Shown: positions 32,565 through 44,109 of the stretch, one piece after another
Numbering within the stretch: the first letter of the stretch is position 1
Layout: every line of letters starts with the position of its first letter
Source: Squalus acanthias
Taxonomy: Eukaryota
Direction: 5' to 3'
DNA length: 64,000 bases
Assembly: GCA_030390025.1 (NCBI GenBank)
Contig: JASTWF010000336.1
Span: 186,001 to 250,000 of the forward strand
Made by a program: the position numbers and the translations under genes
The notes under the pieces: model-generated
Seen by the model: the letters and a program-made list of their open reading frames with translations, nothing else
Database searches by the model: none
What the model was told of the DNA's origin: nothing

Positions 32565-33151
32565 GCAGAAGGCCCAAGGTGGAAGACCCGGAGGAGAGTG
32601 GCCTGGGCGGGAGGCCCAGCACGGAGAACCCCAGGCGGGGGGCCCAGGGCGGGGCGGCTGGTCGGCAGAGGTGGAGTCGGGAGATGCGGTTGCTTCACCC
32701 CGGGTGCTCGTGGGGAATGCCGGTGCGGAGGGTCCGGTGCAGAAGGCCCAAGGTGGAAGACCCAGAGGAGAGTGGCCTGGGCGGGAGGCCCAGCACGGAG
32801 AACCCCAGGCGGGGGGCCCAGGGCGGGGCGGCTGGTCGGCAGAGGTGGAGTCGGGAGATGCGGTTGCTTCACCCCGGGTGCTCGTGGGGAATGCCGGTGC
32901 GGAGGGTCCGGTGCAGAAGGCCCAAGGTGGAAGACCCAGAGGAGAGTGGCCTGGGCGGGAGGCCCAGCACGGAGAACCCCAGGCGGGGGGCCCAGGGCGG
33001 GGCGGCTGGTCGGCAGAGGTGGAGTCGGGAGATGCGGTTGATTCACCCCGGCTGCTCGCGGGGAATGCCGGTGCGGAGGGTCCGGTGCAGAAGGCCCAAG
33101 GTCGAAGACCCGGAGGAGAGTGGCCTGGGCGGGAGGCCCAGCACGGAGAAC
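32565..33151 (+). repeat. 174-bp tandem repeat, about 3.4 copies
   Basis: Same unit. Confidence 0.9.
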
Positions 33152-34504
33152 AATTGAGTGGATGGTCGGGTGGGTGGTGCCAGTGGGACTGGCGCGGAAC
33201 AGGTTTCTTGGGTTATTGGAGTGGATGTTATATGTGGCATTTAGTTGGATTGTGATGGTGCTATGTGTTTGTACACTGTGGTGTTGAAATGGGTTGTTTT
33301 ATGTGGAGTTAAGTGAGATGTATTATTTTAATATAAAAAAAAGTGTGGTATTGTTTGGGGGTATTTGTACTGTATTTTGATGGATGAATGTAATGGTTTT
33401 ACTATGTAATTTGTATTATTGGTTTGAATAAAAGATTCACACACCCCGAGTGCGGCCCCAGGCCCCATTATTCGGACACCCAGGCGAGGACAGACGGAGG
33501 CAGAGGCTGAGGCTGCGAGGGACTCAGCTCAACACGGTGCTGCGTGAACGGGTGAGCGCCGTTTGCTGAGAAGAGGAGGGGAAAGGAGAGGTCTCTTTTC
33601 TCTGTGCCTAGAAGGAGAAGGAGCCACGAAGGACAGAGTGGAGACCTTTTCCACCTCCACCACGCCTGCAGCTACAGCTACAACCACAACTGCTGCTGAG
33701 GTGAGAGAGGAGAGGAGAGGAGAGAGAGGAGACCAGCAACAGCAACAGAGGGAAGCCTTTCCATCACTGCCTCCCCAACTGGTCTCCATTACGAGAGAGG
33801 GAGAGAGGGGAGAACAAGACCAACATCTGCTTGGAAGGAGGGAGAGCGAGCCATCGAGAAGGAAAACAACATCGAGAGGTGGGTGTTAAAAAGGGCACTC
33901 TCCAAAAGACTTTGTATTTGAGGTGGGGGGAGGAAAGAAGAAGGAGAAGACCGGGATAGCAAGGGGTGTGTGTGTGAGTGTGTGTGGCTCTTGCTAACAA
34001 CTTGGCCACACACACCATCAACAAGCACCCCTTGCCTATTGCTTCACATTTTAGAACATTGTTAAGACCTGGTTGTAGACTGAGCCTGGGCATCTCCAGC
34101 TTTATTTTTTCCCAGGTGAAGACATCTTCTCCCCCCACCAGAAGAACATCAACAAAGACTTTATTTATCATCGAAGAGTGCCCCCCCCCCAGGAGGCACC
34201 CACCCACCCACTATCCTGAGTGGCGAATAGGCCCATGCGGCCTTCCCCCTTTCCTCCTTCCCACCCCCTCTCTCTCTCTCTCTCTCTGCCTCTCTCTAAT
34301 GAGGCACCTCAAACCTTATTTATTACCCAATTGAGCAGAGGGGAGAAGGCCACTCCCAATTCCAATCATAAAAGGGAGAGGTGTGCCTTCTTTTTCTCAA
34401 AACAACCCCCTCTGCTCGGGGGAAAAGACAAAAAAACCCAAGGCCACTTAAACATCACCCGGCCTGTGACTTGGGGTGGGTGTAGCCCTTTATACCACCT
34501 CAGT

Positions 34505-36592
34505 ATGGCGAGCACATCTTCGCCGGCGGCGGGGCAAGCAAGGTCGTACGCGGGTGTGGCAGCCACGGCCACAGCTGGTCCCGCTGCTTCTGCTGCCCCG
34601 TCGCCTTTCAGGCTATTGACAAAAAAGCTGGGGGTGAAGAGCTACACTCACCCCAACATGACCATAGAGGCTTGCGTCAAAGCCATGGCTGGGGTAGTCG
34701 GCCCCTCAGCCATCGTTGCGGCCTCTAAAATGTACGGTAAGGCTGTGTTCTTCCTGCGGTCGGAGCGGGCGGTGTCCCTGGCCGTCACCGAGGGGCTCAC
34801 CGTGGGCGGGACCTTCCTGCCGGTGGATCCGCTCGAGGCCACCGAGCAGCGACTCATACTATCGAATGTCCCGCCATTTGTTCCGGTTGAGCTCCTCCTC
34901 CCCCACCTACGTCAACTGGGGGAGGTGAGGTCGGGGATTAATCCGATCCCGCTCGGCTGCAGGGAGGCCAGCCTCCGGCACGTCTTCTCCTTCCGGCGCC
35001 AGCTGTTTATCCAGCTGGCGCGGGAGGAAGACACGGAAGGCGCATTTAGCATAACACACGAGGGGACCGCCTACCGCGTCTTCTGGACGTCGGACGGTGT
35101 GCGGTGCCATGCCTGTAAGGAGGTGGGGCACATAAGAAAGAACTGCCCCGCCTCCAAGGCCGCCAAAGCATCTGAGGCGGCCAAGGCTGGCGCCGCCGCC
35201 GCTCCTCCCCCTGTTTCTGTCCGCACGTCTGCGACACCCGATGCGCGGTCGACGCCGGAGGTCAACGCCGTCGCGGCGTCCGGCGAAGGGGAGGGGGAGC
35301 GTCCGACTGGAAGGAAGGCGCGGAGGAAAAGCAAACACCTTCAGGCGGGTCCCCTTCACATATATGATGACTTACCCGAGCTTACGCCCCTACACCTTGC
35401 GCGGGTGGCGGCGGAGTTCGAGAATGCGAGGGACCTTGTGCCCGGGCCTGCGGCCGCATCCGCCAAGGCGGCAAAATCGAGACCTGCGGCCGTGACCGGG
35501 CCCGGGACCCCCGAGCAGACCGATCGACAGGGGGGAGCGGAGGTGGAGGCCTCGGTGTGCATGGAGGTCTCCCAACCTTCGTGTCCCTCCTCTTCGAAAA
35601 GGAGCCACGACATCCTGGATGAGGGGGAGGACCGTGAGGAACGGGGTCCCCCCTCGCAAGGGGAGTCGTTGCCCGCCGCGGGTGCTGCGCCCCCCCCCAC
35701 CGACACCATCACCGAGATCCGGCAGGGGCCGCCTGTCCCCCGGGAGGGCATGACAGATGAGTCTGTCCAGCTTGTGCCTCCCGGGGATGGGGGAGAGGCC
35801 CTGCTCATGGGGGGGGCCGCGGAACTACCCGCGGTGGGGAGTTACGCTGATCCGTTGTTTCTCGCCAGGTCGGGCATCCTGGGGACCGGGGCGGGCGAGG
35901 CCGATGAGGCAGAGCCCGCCGTGTACGGTCAGGACCACTCCCAGGCACTGCTCGACCTGGTTGAGCAATATAACCAGGGTACCTGGTCCGCTGGGTCGGA
36001 GGATGGTGGCGGTGAAGGGGAAGGCCCCCTGACTCCGTCTGCGACGCTGGCGCCGGGGTTGTTGAGGGAACTGGCACTAATGTGCTCCCCGGTTTCCCTG
36101 TGCACCCCGGTGCCGGGGGCGGAGGGGGGCCCCGAGCCGCCGCCGCTTCCTGACCAAGCGCCTCTGGAGGAGCCCAGGGAGGACTCCTCTGCTGCCGATC
36201 CTGGGGGTGGGATCGGGGCAGAGGTAGGGCTGGCCGATGGCGACCCCCCGGAGGAGGACGGGGACCCGGCGGAGGACACTGAGGATGATATGGAATCCGT
36301 CGCCAGTGAGGCGGCGGATGCCCTCGTGCCCTCCTCCGGGTCCCCCCTCATCCCCGTTGTGGAACTCCGGGACTTTGTGGCCATGGGCCAGGGTCGCCAG
36401 GATATAATCCGGCTGGCCATCGATAAATGGTCGGATCTGGCGCTGCTCGTTTGCTCCGTCCGCGCCGCAGTCAAAACCATGGGCGCGGACGGGGGCGTGG
36501 GCCTGGCCGAGCGGCGTCGGATCCAGAATTTCCTCGCTGGGCTTGGAAGGGAGTGGCGGTCGACTAGCGGCCGCGCTCCCTCCTCCCGTTAG
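34505..36592 (+). CDS. Unit 3 ORF1, intact (695 aa; RNA-binding region, CCHC knuckle, acidic Pro-rich tail)
   Basis: Open from MASTSS to RAPSSR; CHACKEVGHIRKNC. Confidence 0.9.
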   Translation: MASTSSPAAGQARSYAGVAATATAGPAASAAPSPFRLLTKKLGVKSYTHPNMTIEACVKAMAGVVGPSAIVAASKMYGKAVFFLRSERAVSLAVTEGLTVGGTFLPVDPLEATEQRLILSNVPPFVPVELLLPHLRQLGEVRSGINPIPLGCREASLRHVFSFRRQLFIQLAREEDTEGAFSITHEGTAYRVFWTSDGVRCHACKEVGHIRKNCPASKAAKASEAAKAGAAAAPPPVSVRTSATPDARSTPEVNAVAASGEGEGERPTGRKARRKSKHLQAGPLHIYDDLPELTPLHLARVAAEFENARDLVPGPAAASAKAAKSRPAAVTGPGTPEQTDRQGGAEVEASVCMEVSQPSCPSSSKRSHDILDEGEDREERGPPSQGESLPAAGAAPPPTDTITEIRQGPPVPREGMTDESVQLVPPGDGGEALLMGGAAELPAVGSYADPLFLARSGILGTGAGEADEAEPAVYGQDHSQALLDLVEQYNQGTWSAGSEDGGGEGEGPLTPSATLAPGLLRELALMCSPVSLCTPVPGAEGGPEPPPLPDQAPLEEPREDSSAADPGGGIGAEVGLADGDPPEEDGDPAEDTEDDMESVASEAADALVPSSGSPLIPVVELRDFVAMGQGRQDIIRLAIDKWSDLALLVCSVRAAVKTMGADGGVGLAERRRIQNFLAGLGREWRSTSGRAPSSR

Positions 36593-36623
36593 AGTAAGGT
36601 AGAGGTTGCACTATGCTCTTGTC

Positions 36624-39600
36624 ATGAAGATAACCATAGCCAGCCTCAACATCAACGGCAGCAGAGAGGCACGCCGTAGATTTAATAACTTCTCGGTCCT
36701 TCGGGAAGGGAGGCATGCGGTGTGCTTCCTGCAGGAAACTCACACCGTTCCGGGAGACGAGGCCACGTGGCTCCTGGAGTGGCGAGGAGGGGTCAGCATG
36801 AGTCACCTCTCCAACGTTTCCGGTGGGGTGGCTATCTTGCTGGCCCCGCATTTTCAGCCGGAGATCTTGGGGGTCAAGGAGCATGTGCCGGGCCGCTTGC
36901 TCCAGGTCACTGTTCGTCTGGGGGGCGTGCCGCTCCATTTAGTGAACGTGTACGCCCCCCAGCCCGGTGCGCAGCAAGTGCGCTTCTTCGATGAAGTGTC
37001 CGCTCTTCTGGGCACCGTCGACGTCGGCGAGTGCATCATCCTCGGGGGGGATTTTAATTGTACCCTCGAGGCGAGGGACCGTTCGGGCCCTCCGCGAAGC
37101 CTGACGGCGACGGTGAAGTTGAGGGACCTGGTCGGGTCCTTCGACTTGGTGGACGTCTGGCGAAATCTCCATCCCGACTCCAGCGCCTTCACTTGGGCGG
37201 GGTCTGGAGGAGGAAGGTCCAGAATCGACCGCCTTTATATTTCCCGGGCGTACGTCTCCTGCGTTCCTGCGGCTTCCATGCGGCCGGTGCCGTGCACGGA
37301 CCACCACCTGGTGTGGGCGGAGCTCGCTCCGTTGCAGGCGCCGGGGGGGTCCGCGTACTGGCATTTTAACAACCTGCTGCTGGAGGACGTGCGGTTCCGG
37401 GATTCGTTTCGCCGGTTCTGGGCCGACTGGAGAAGGAAGCAGGGGGGCTTCCCCTCCTTGAGGCTATGGTGGGACGTGGGCAAGGCTCACGTCCGTCTCT
37501 TCTGTCAGGAGTACGCGAAGGGGTCGACCAAGAGGCGGGAGGCCCGGGTCGGGCGATTGGAGAAAGAAGTGCTCGACCTGGAGTCCCGTCTCGGTCAAGT
37601 CGTCGAAGACCCGGCCCTGCGGAAGGTGTACGAAGAGAAGAAGGGCGCGCTGAAGGACCTGCAGCTGGTCGGGTCCCGAGGCGCCTACGTGAGGTCGCGG
37701 ATCCAGTTCCTGCGGGACCTGGACCGCGGCTCCCCCTTCTTCTACTCGCTGGAAAAAAGACGAGGGGTCCGTAAGCAGCTCTTGGGGCTGCTGGCCGACG
37801 ACGGATCTCTGGTCTCGGATCCGGAGGGGATCAGCGCGGGGACCCGGGCCTATTACGGGGCTCTGTTCTCTCCGGATCCGTCCAGCGAGGATGCGCGCAG
37901 AGTTTTGTGGGAGGACCTGCCGAAGGTCGGCCCGGAGGGCGCCGAGGAATTGGACGCTCCGCTAAGTTTGGCGGAGCTGACCGGCACCCTGCGCCAGCTC
38001 TCGAGGGGAAAGTCCCCGGGGCTGGACGGGCTGACCGTGGAGTTCCACAGGGCGTTCTGGGACGTCTTGGGGGGCGACTACGCGCGGGTCCTGGGGGAAA
38101 GTCTGCCGACCGGGGAGATGCCCCTCTCTTGGCGCAGGGCGGTTATCGTCCTGCTGCCCAAGAGGGGTGATCTCCGCCTTTTGAAAAACTGGCGCCCGGT
38201 CTCCCTCCTCAGTACGGACTATAAAATTTTTGCCAGGGCCATGTCTGCCCGCCTCGGCACCGTGCTGGCCCACATGATCCACCCCGATCAGTCCTACACG
38301 GTCCCGGGCCGGACAATCCATGACAACATCCATCTGGTCCGGGACCTGGTCCACCTTTCCCAGAGGACTGGTCTGTCGGTCGCCTTCCTTTCCCTGGATC
38401 AGGAGAAGGCGTTCGACAGGGTGGATCACGAGTATCTCTTCGGGACTCTGCGCGCATTCGGGTTCGGGACGCATTTCGTCGCCCGGATCCGACTTCTGTA
38501 CGCCGCCGCGGAGTGTCTGATTAAAGTTAACGGGTCTTTGACGGCGCCCCTTCGCTTCGGGAGGGGGGTGCGTCAGGGATGCCCCATGTCCGGTCAGTTA
38601 TATGCCGTTTGCGTGGAGCCTTTCCTGCGCCTCTTGCGGAAGAGGTTGACGGGACTGGCTCTGCAAGGGCCGGGCGTGGAGGTCGTCCTCTCGGCTTACG
38701 CCGATGACGTGCTCCTCATGGTCACGGATCCCGTCGACCTGCGGAGGATGCGAGAATGCCAGCAGATTTACTCGGACGCATCATCCGCCAGGATCAACTG
38801 GGAGAAATGTTCTGGACTCCTGGTGGGCCAGTGGCGGGTGGACTCCCTGCCGGAGGAGTTCAGGCCCTTCGCCTGGAGCACAACACACCTCCTCTACTTG
38901 GGAGTCTACCTCGGCCCTGCCGAGGACACCTGGCCGGCAAACTGGCAAGAGCTGGAGGCCAAGGTCACCGCTCGCCTAGGACGCTGGACGGGGTTGCTCC
39001 GAGTGTTGTCCTACAGGGGTCGAGCGCTGGTCAGGAATCTGCACCTCCACGTCCGACGGATCGGCTGGCTGGCGGAGGGCAGGGCTGTGCCAGGCAAGGT
39101 GACCAGAGTCAGGGACCTGCTCGATGGCGGAGGAGCGGGCTGGATGGCGCCAGAGGAGTTGGCGCGGCGCCTCTCCTGGGCAGACGTCTGGCGCGCGGCC
39201 AAAGCCATCGAGTTGCTGAAAGTGGCACTGGGCCCGGACTCCACTAGGTGTATCGAGGAGGCTCAAGTACGTGGGGCGATCCCGTCCGAACTGACCTCCG
39301 TTCGGACGGAATTCCTCATCGGCGCACGGCCCCGAAACCCCTCTCGGGAACCGGCGCCTCACAACTTGAGCCGTCTCGGGGAAATGCCCTCCGTGCCCTT
39401 CAGTTCTGCACGGAGGGGTTTCCTGTACGGGCTGCTCCTGCACACTTTCCACTTTGTCATCTTCGCCTGCCGTCCGGACACGCCTTGGCGTGCCATCTTG
39501 CCGTCCGGCGGAGGCGAAGGTCCCCAATGGAGGGCTCTCTATGCGGGAGTACTCCCCTTTTCTATTGGGGACATGGCCTGGAGGGTGTTGCACGGAGCAG

Positions 39601-40061
39601 TCCCGTGCAATCGGTTTTTAAGTAGGTTCACGGACTCCCAGGCCGCCTGTCTTTTTTGCGGCCTCGAGGAGTCCGTGTTCCACGTTTATGTGGAATGTGA
39701 GAGGTTGCAGCCCCTCTTTGAATATTTGAAGGGGCTGCTCCTCGCTTTTTGGTTGCACTTCAGTCCCACGCTCCTGATCTACGGTCACCCGGTGCGGAGG
39801 GGAGAGAGCAAGTCGGAGGACCTCCTCGTAGGACTGCTCCTGGGCCTGGCCAAAGTGGCCATTAACAGGTCCAGGCAGCGGGCGGTCGAGGGGGTCGTTC
39901 GGCCCAATTGCCTGCCTCTCTTCCGCGGCTATGTTCGCGCCCGGGTGGCCCTGGAGATGGAGCATGCGGTGTCCGCCGGCACACTTGAAGCCTTCCGAGA
40001 CCGGTGGGCGCCGCAGGGACTGGAGTGCATCGTTTCCCCGGGAAATGTTATTTTAATTTAA
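36624..40061 (+). CDS. Unit 3 ORF2 with a 154-aa in-frame deletion after the RT domain
   Basis: GRALV joined to RNLHLH at about 39031. Confidence 0.9.
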   Translation: MKITIASLNINGSREARRRFNNFSVLREGRHAVCFLQETHTVPGDEATWLLEWRGGVSMSHLSNVSGGVAILLAPHFQPEILGVKEHVPGRLLQVTVRLGGVPLHLVNVYAPQPGAQQVRFFDEVSALLGTVDVGECIILGGDFNCTLEARDRSGPPRSLTATVKLRDLVGSFDLVDVWRNLHPDSSAFTWAGSGGGRSRIDRLYISRAYVSCVPAASMRPVPCTDHHLVWAELAPLQAPGGSAYWHFNNLLLEDVRFRDSFRRFWADWRRKQGGFPSLRLWWDVGKAHVRLFCQEYAKGSTKRREARVGRLEKEVLDLESRLGQVVEDPALRKVYEEKKGALKDLQLVGSRGAYVRSRIQFLRDLDRGSPFFYSLEKRRGVRKQLLGLLADDGSLVSDPEGISAGTRAYYGALFSPDPSSEDARRVLWEDLPKVGPEGAEELDAPLSLAELTGTLRQLSRGKSPGLDGLTVEFHRAFWDVLGGDYARVLGESLPTGEMPLSWRRAVIVLLPKRGDLRLLKNWRPVSLLSTDYKIFARAMSARLGTVLAHMIHPDQSYTVPGRTIHDNIHLVRDLVHLSQRTGLSVAFLSLDQEKAFDRVDHEYLFGTLRAFGFGTHFVARIRLLYAAAECLIKVNGSLTAPLRFGRGVRQGCPMSGQLYAVCVEPFLRLLRKRLTGLALQGPGVEVVLSAYADDVLLMVTDPVDLRRMRECQQIYSDASSARINWEKCSGLLVGQWRVDSLPEEFRPFAWSTTHLLYLGVYLGPAEDTWPANWQELEAKVTARLGRWTGLLRVLSYRGRALVRNLHLHVRRIGWLAEGRAVPGKVTRVRDLLDGGGAGWMAPEELARRLSWADVWRAAKAIELLKVALGPDSTRCIEEAQVRGAIPSELTSVRTEFLIGARPRNPSREPAPHNLSRLGEMPSVPFSSARRGFLYGLLLHTFHFVIFACRPDTPWRAILPSGGGEGPQWRALYAGVLPFSIGDMAWRVLHGAVPCNRFLSRFTDSQAACLFCGLEESVFHVYVECERLQPLFEYLKGLLLAFWLHFSPTLLIYGHPVRRGESKSEDLLVGLLLGLAKVAINRSRQRAVEGVVRPNCLPLFRGYVRARVALEMEHAVSAGTLEAFRDRWAPQGLECIVSPGNVILI

Positions 40062-40083
40062 TGCACTCCAAGTTGTCCGCTTC

Positions 40084-40670
40084 GCAGAAGGCCCAAGGTG
40101 GAAGACCCGGAGGAGAGTGGCCTGGGCGGGAGGCCCAGCACGGAGAACCCCAGGCGGGGGGCCCAGGGCGGGGCGGCTGGTCGGCAGAGGTGGAGTCGGG
40201 AGATGCGGTTGCTTCACCCCGGGTGCTCGTGGGGAATGCCGGTGCGGAGGGTCCGGTGCAGAAGGCCCAAGGTGGAAGACCCAGAGGAGAGTGGCCTGGG
40301 CGGGAGGCCCAGCACGGAGAACCCCAGGCGGGGGGCCCAGGGCGGGGCGGCTGGTCGGCAGAGGTGGAGTCGGGAGATGCGGTTGCTTCACCCCGGGTGC
40401 TCGTGGGGAATGCCGGTGCGGAGGGTCCGGTGCAGAAGGCCCAAGGTGGAAGACCCAGAGGAGAGTGGCCTGGGCGGGAGGCCCAGCACGGAGAACCCCA
40501 GGCGGGGGGCCCAGGGCGGGGCGGCTGGTCGGCAGAGGTGGAGTCGGGAGATGCGGTTGATTCACCCCGGCTGCTCGCGGAGAATGCCGGTGCGGAGGGT
40601 CCGGTGCAGAAGGCCCAAGGTGGAAGACCCGGAGGAGAGTGGCCTGGGCGGGAGGCCCAGCACGGAGAAC
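40084..40670 (+). repeat. 174-bp tandem repeat, about 3.4 copies
   Basis: Same unit. Confidence 0.9.
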
Positions 40671-41997
40671 AATTGAGTGGATGGTCGGGTGGGTGGTGCC
40701 AGTGGGACTGGCGCGGAACAGGTTTCTTGGGTTATTGGAGTGGATGTTATATGTGGCATTTAGTTGGATTGTGATGGTGCTATGTGTTTGTACACTGTGG
40801 TGTTGAAATGGGTTGTTTTATGTGGAGTTAAGTGAGATGTATTATTTTAATATTAAAAAAAAGTGTGGTATTGTTTGGGGGTATTTGTACTGTATTTTGA
40901 TGGATGAATGTAATGGTTTTACTATGTAATTTGTATTATTGGTTTGAATAAAAGATTCACACCCTGAGTGCGGCTCCAGGCGAGGACAGACGGAGGCAGA
41001 GGCTGAGGCTGAGGCTGCGAGGGACTCAGCTCAACACGGTGCTGCGTGAACGGGTGAGCGCCGTTTGCTGAGAAGAGGAGGGGAAAGGAGAGGTCTCTTT
41101 TCTCTGTGCCTAGAAGGAGAAGGAGCCACGAAGGACAGAGTGGAGACCTTTCCACCTCCACCACGCCTGCAGCTACAGCTACAACCACGACTGCTGCTGA
41201 GGTGAGAGAGGAGAGGAGAGGAGAGGAGAGAGAGGAGACCAGCAACAACAGAGGGAAGCCTTTCCATCACTGCCTCCCCAACTGGTCTCCATTTCGAGAG
41301 AGGGAGAGAGGGGAGAACAAGACCAACATCTGCTTGGAAGGAGGGAGAGCGAGCCATCGAGAAGGAAAACAACATCGAGAGGTGGGTGTTAAAAAAAGGG
41401 CACTCTCCAAAAGACTTTGTATTCGAGGTGGGGGGAGGAAAGAAGAAGGAGAAGACCGGGATAGCAAGGGGAGTGTGTGTGGCTCTTGCTAACAACTCGG
41501 CCACACACACCATCAACAAGCACCCCTTGCCTATTGCTTCACATTTTAGAACATTGTTAAGACCTGGTTGTGGACTGAGCCTGGGCATCTCCAGCTTTAT
41601 TTTTTCCCAGGTGAAGACATCTTCTCCCCCCACCAGAAGAACATCAACAAAGACTTTATTTATCATCGAAGAGTGCCCCCCCCCCAGGAGGCACCCACCC
41701 ACCCACTATCCTGAGTGGCGAATAGGCCCGTGCGGCTTTCCCCCTTCCTCCTTCCCACCCCCTCTCTCTCTCTCTCTCTGCCTCTCTCTAACGAGGCACC
41801 TCAAACCTTATTTATTACCCAATTGAGCAGAGGGGAGAAGGCCACTCCCAATTCCAATCATAAAAGGGAGAGGTGTGCCTTCTTTTTCTCAAAACAACCC
41901 CCTCTGCTCGGGGGAAAAGACAAAAAAAGCCCAAGGCCACTTAAACATCACCCGGCCTGTGACTTGGGGTGGGTGTAGCCCTTTATACCACCTCAGT

Positions 41998-44078
41998 ATG
42001 GCGAGCACATCTTCGCGGCGGCGGGGCAAGCAAGGTCGTACGCGGGTGTGGCAGCCACGGCCGCAGCTGGTCCCGCTGCTTCTGCTGCCCCGTCGCCTTT
42101 CAGGCTATTGACAAAAAAGCTGGGGGTGAAGAGCTACACTCACCCCAACATGACCATAGAGGCTTGCGTCAAAGCCATGGCTGGGGTAGTCGGCCCCTCA
42201 GCCATCGTTGCGGCCTCTAAAATGTACGGTAAGGCTGTGTTCTTCCTGCGGTCGGAGCGGGCGGTGTCCCTGGCCGTCACCGAGGGGCTCACCGTGGGCG
42301 GGACCTTCCTGCCGGTGGATCCGCTCGAGGCCACCGAGCAGCGACTCATACTATCGAATGTCCCGCCCTTTGTTCCGGTTGAGCTCCTCCTCCCCCACCT
42401 ACGTCAACTGGGGGAGGTGAGGTCGGGGATTAATCCGATCCCGCTCGGCTGCAGGGAGGCCAGCCTCCGGCACGTCTTCTCCTTCCGGCGCCAGCTGTTT
42501 ATCCAGCTGGCGCGGGAGGAAGACACGGAAGGCGCATTTAGCATAACACACGAGGGGACCGCCTACCGCGTCTTCTGGACGTCGGACGGTGTGCGGTGCC
42601 ACGCCTGTAAGGAGGTGGGGCACATAAGAAAGAACTGCCCCGCCTCCAAGGCCGCCAAAGCATCTGAGGCGGCCAAGGCTGGCGCCGCCGCCGCTCCTCC
42701 CCCTGTCCGCGCGTCTGCGACACCCGATGAGCGGTCGACGCCGGAGGTCAACGCCGTCGCGGCCTCCGGCGAAGGGGAGGGGGAGCGTCCGAGTGGAAGG
42801 AAGGCGCGGAGGAAAAGCAAACACCTTCAGGCGGGTCCCCTTCACATATATGATGACTTACCCGAGCTTACGCCCCTACACCTTGCGCGGGTGGCGGCGG
42901 AGTTCGAGAATGCGAGGGACCTTGTGCCCGGGCCTGCGGCCGCATCCGCCAAGGCGGCAAAATCGAGACCTGCGGCCGTGACCGGGCCCGGGACCCCCGA
43001 GCAGACCGATCGACAGGGGGGAGCGGAGGTGGAGGCCTCGGTATGCATGGAGGTCTCCCAACCTTCGTGTCCCTCCTCTTCGAAAAGGAGGCGCGACATC
43101 CTGGATGAGGGGGAGGACCGCGAGGAACGGGGTCCCCCCTCGCAAGGGGAGTCGTTGCCCGCCGCGGGTGCTGCGCCCCCCCCCACCGACACCATCACCG
43201 ACATCCGGCAGGGGTCGCCTGTCCCCCGGGAGGGCATGACAGATGAGTCTGTCCAGCCTGTGCCTCCCGGGGATGGGGGAGAGGCCCTGCTCATGGGGGG
43301 GGCCGCGGAACTACCCGCTGTGGGGGGTTACGCTGATCCGTTGTTTCTCGCCAGGTCGGGCATCCTGGGGACCGGGGCGGGCGAGGCCGATGAGGCAGAG
43401 CCCGCCGTGTACGGTCAGGACCACTCCCAGGCACTGCTCGACCTGGTTGAGCAATATAACCAGGGTACCTGGTCCGCTGGGTCGGAGGATGGTGGCGGTG
43501 AAGGGGAAGGCCCCCTGACTCCGTCTGCGACGCTGGCGCCGGGGTTGTTGAGGGAACTGGCACTAATGTGCTCCCCGGTTTCCCTGTGCACCCCGGTGCC
43601 GGGGGCGGAGGGGGGCCCCGAGCCGCCGCCGCTTCCTGACCCGGCGCCTCTGGAGGAGCCCAGGGAGGACTCCTCTGCTGCCGATCCTGGGGGTGGGATC
43701 GGGGCAGAGGTAGGGCTGGCCGATGGCGACCCCCCGGAGGAGGACGGGGACCCGGCGGAGGACACTGAGGATGATATGGAATCCGTCGCCAGTGAGGCGG
43801 CGGATGCCCTCGTGCCCTCCTCCGGGTCCCCCCTCATCCCCGTTGTGGAACTCCGGGACTTTGTGGCCATGGGCCAGGGTCGCCAGGATATAATCCGGCT
43901 GGCCATCGATAAATGGTCGGATCTGGCGCTGCTCGTTTGCTCCGTCCGCGCCGCAGTCAAAACCATGGGCGCGGACGGGGGCGTGGGCCTGGCCGAGCGG
44001 CGTCGGATCCAGAATTTCCTCGCTGGGCTTGGAAGGGAGTGGCGGTCGACTAGCGGCCGCGCTCCCTCCTCCCGTTAG
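41998..44078 (+). pseudogene. Unit 4 ORF1 with a 1-bp deletion near 42016
   Basis: CTTCGCGGCG versus CTTCGCCGGCG in the other units; remainder open. Confidence 0.75.
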
Positions 44079-44109
44079 AGTAAGGTAGAGGTTGCACTAT
44101 GCTCTTGTC

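Larger units (their letters stand above)
25469..33437 (+). mobile_element. Tx1 subfamily A, array unit 2
   Basis: Near-identical to unit 1. Confidence 0.9.
33455..40957 (+). mobile_element. Tx1 subfamily A, array unit 3 (internal ORF2 deletion)
   Basis: Near-identical to units 1-2 except for a 462-bp deletion. Confidence 0.9.
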
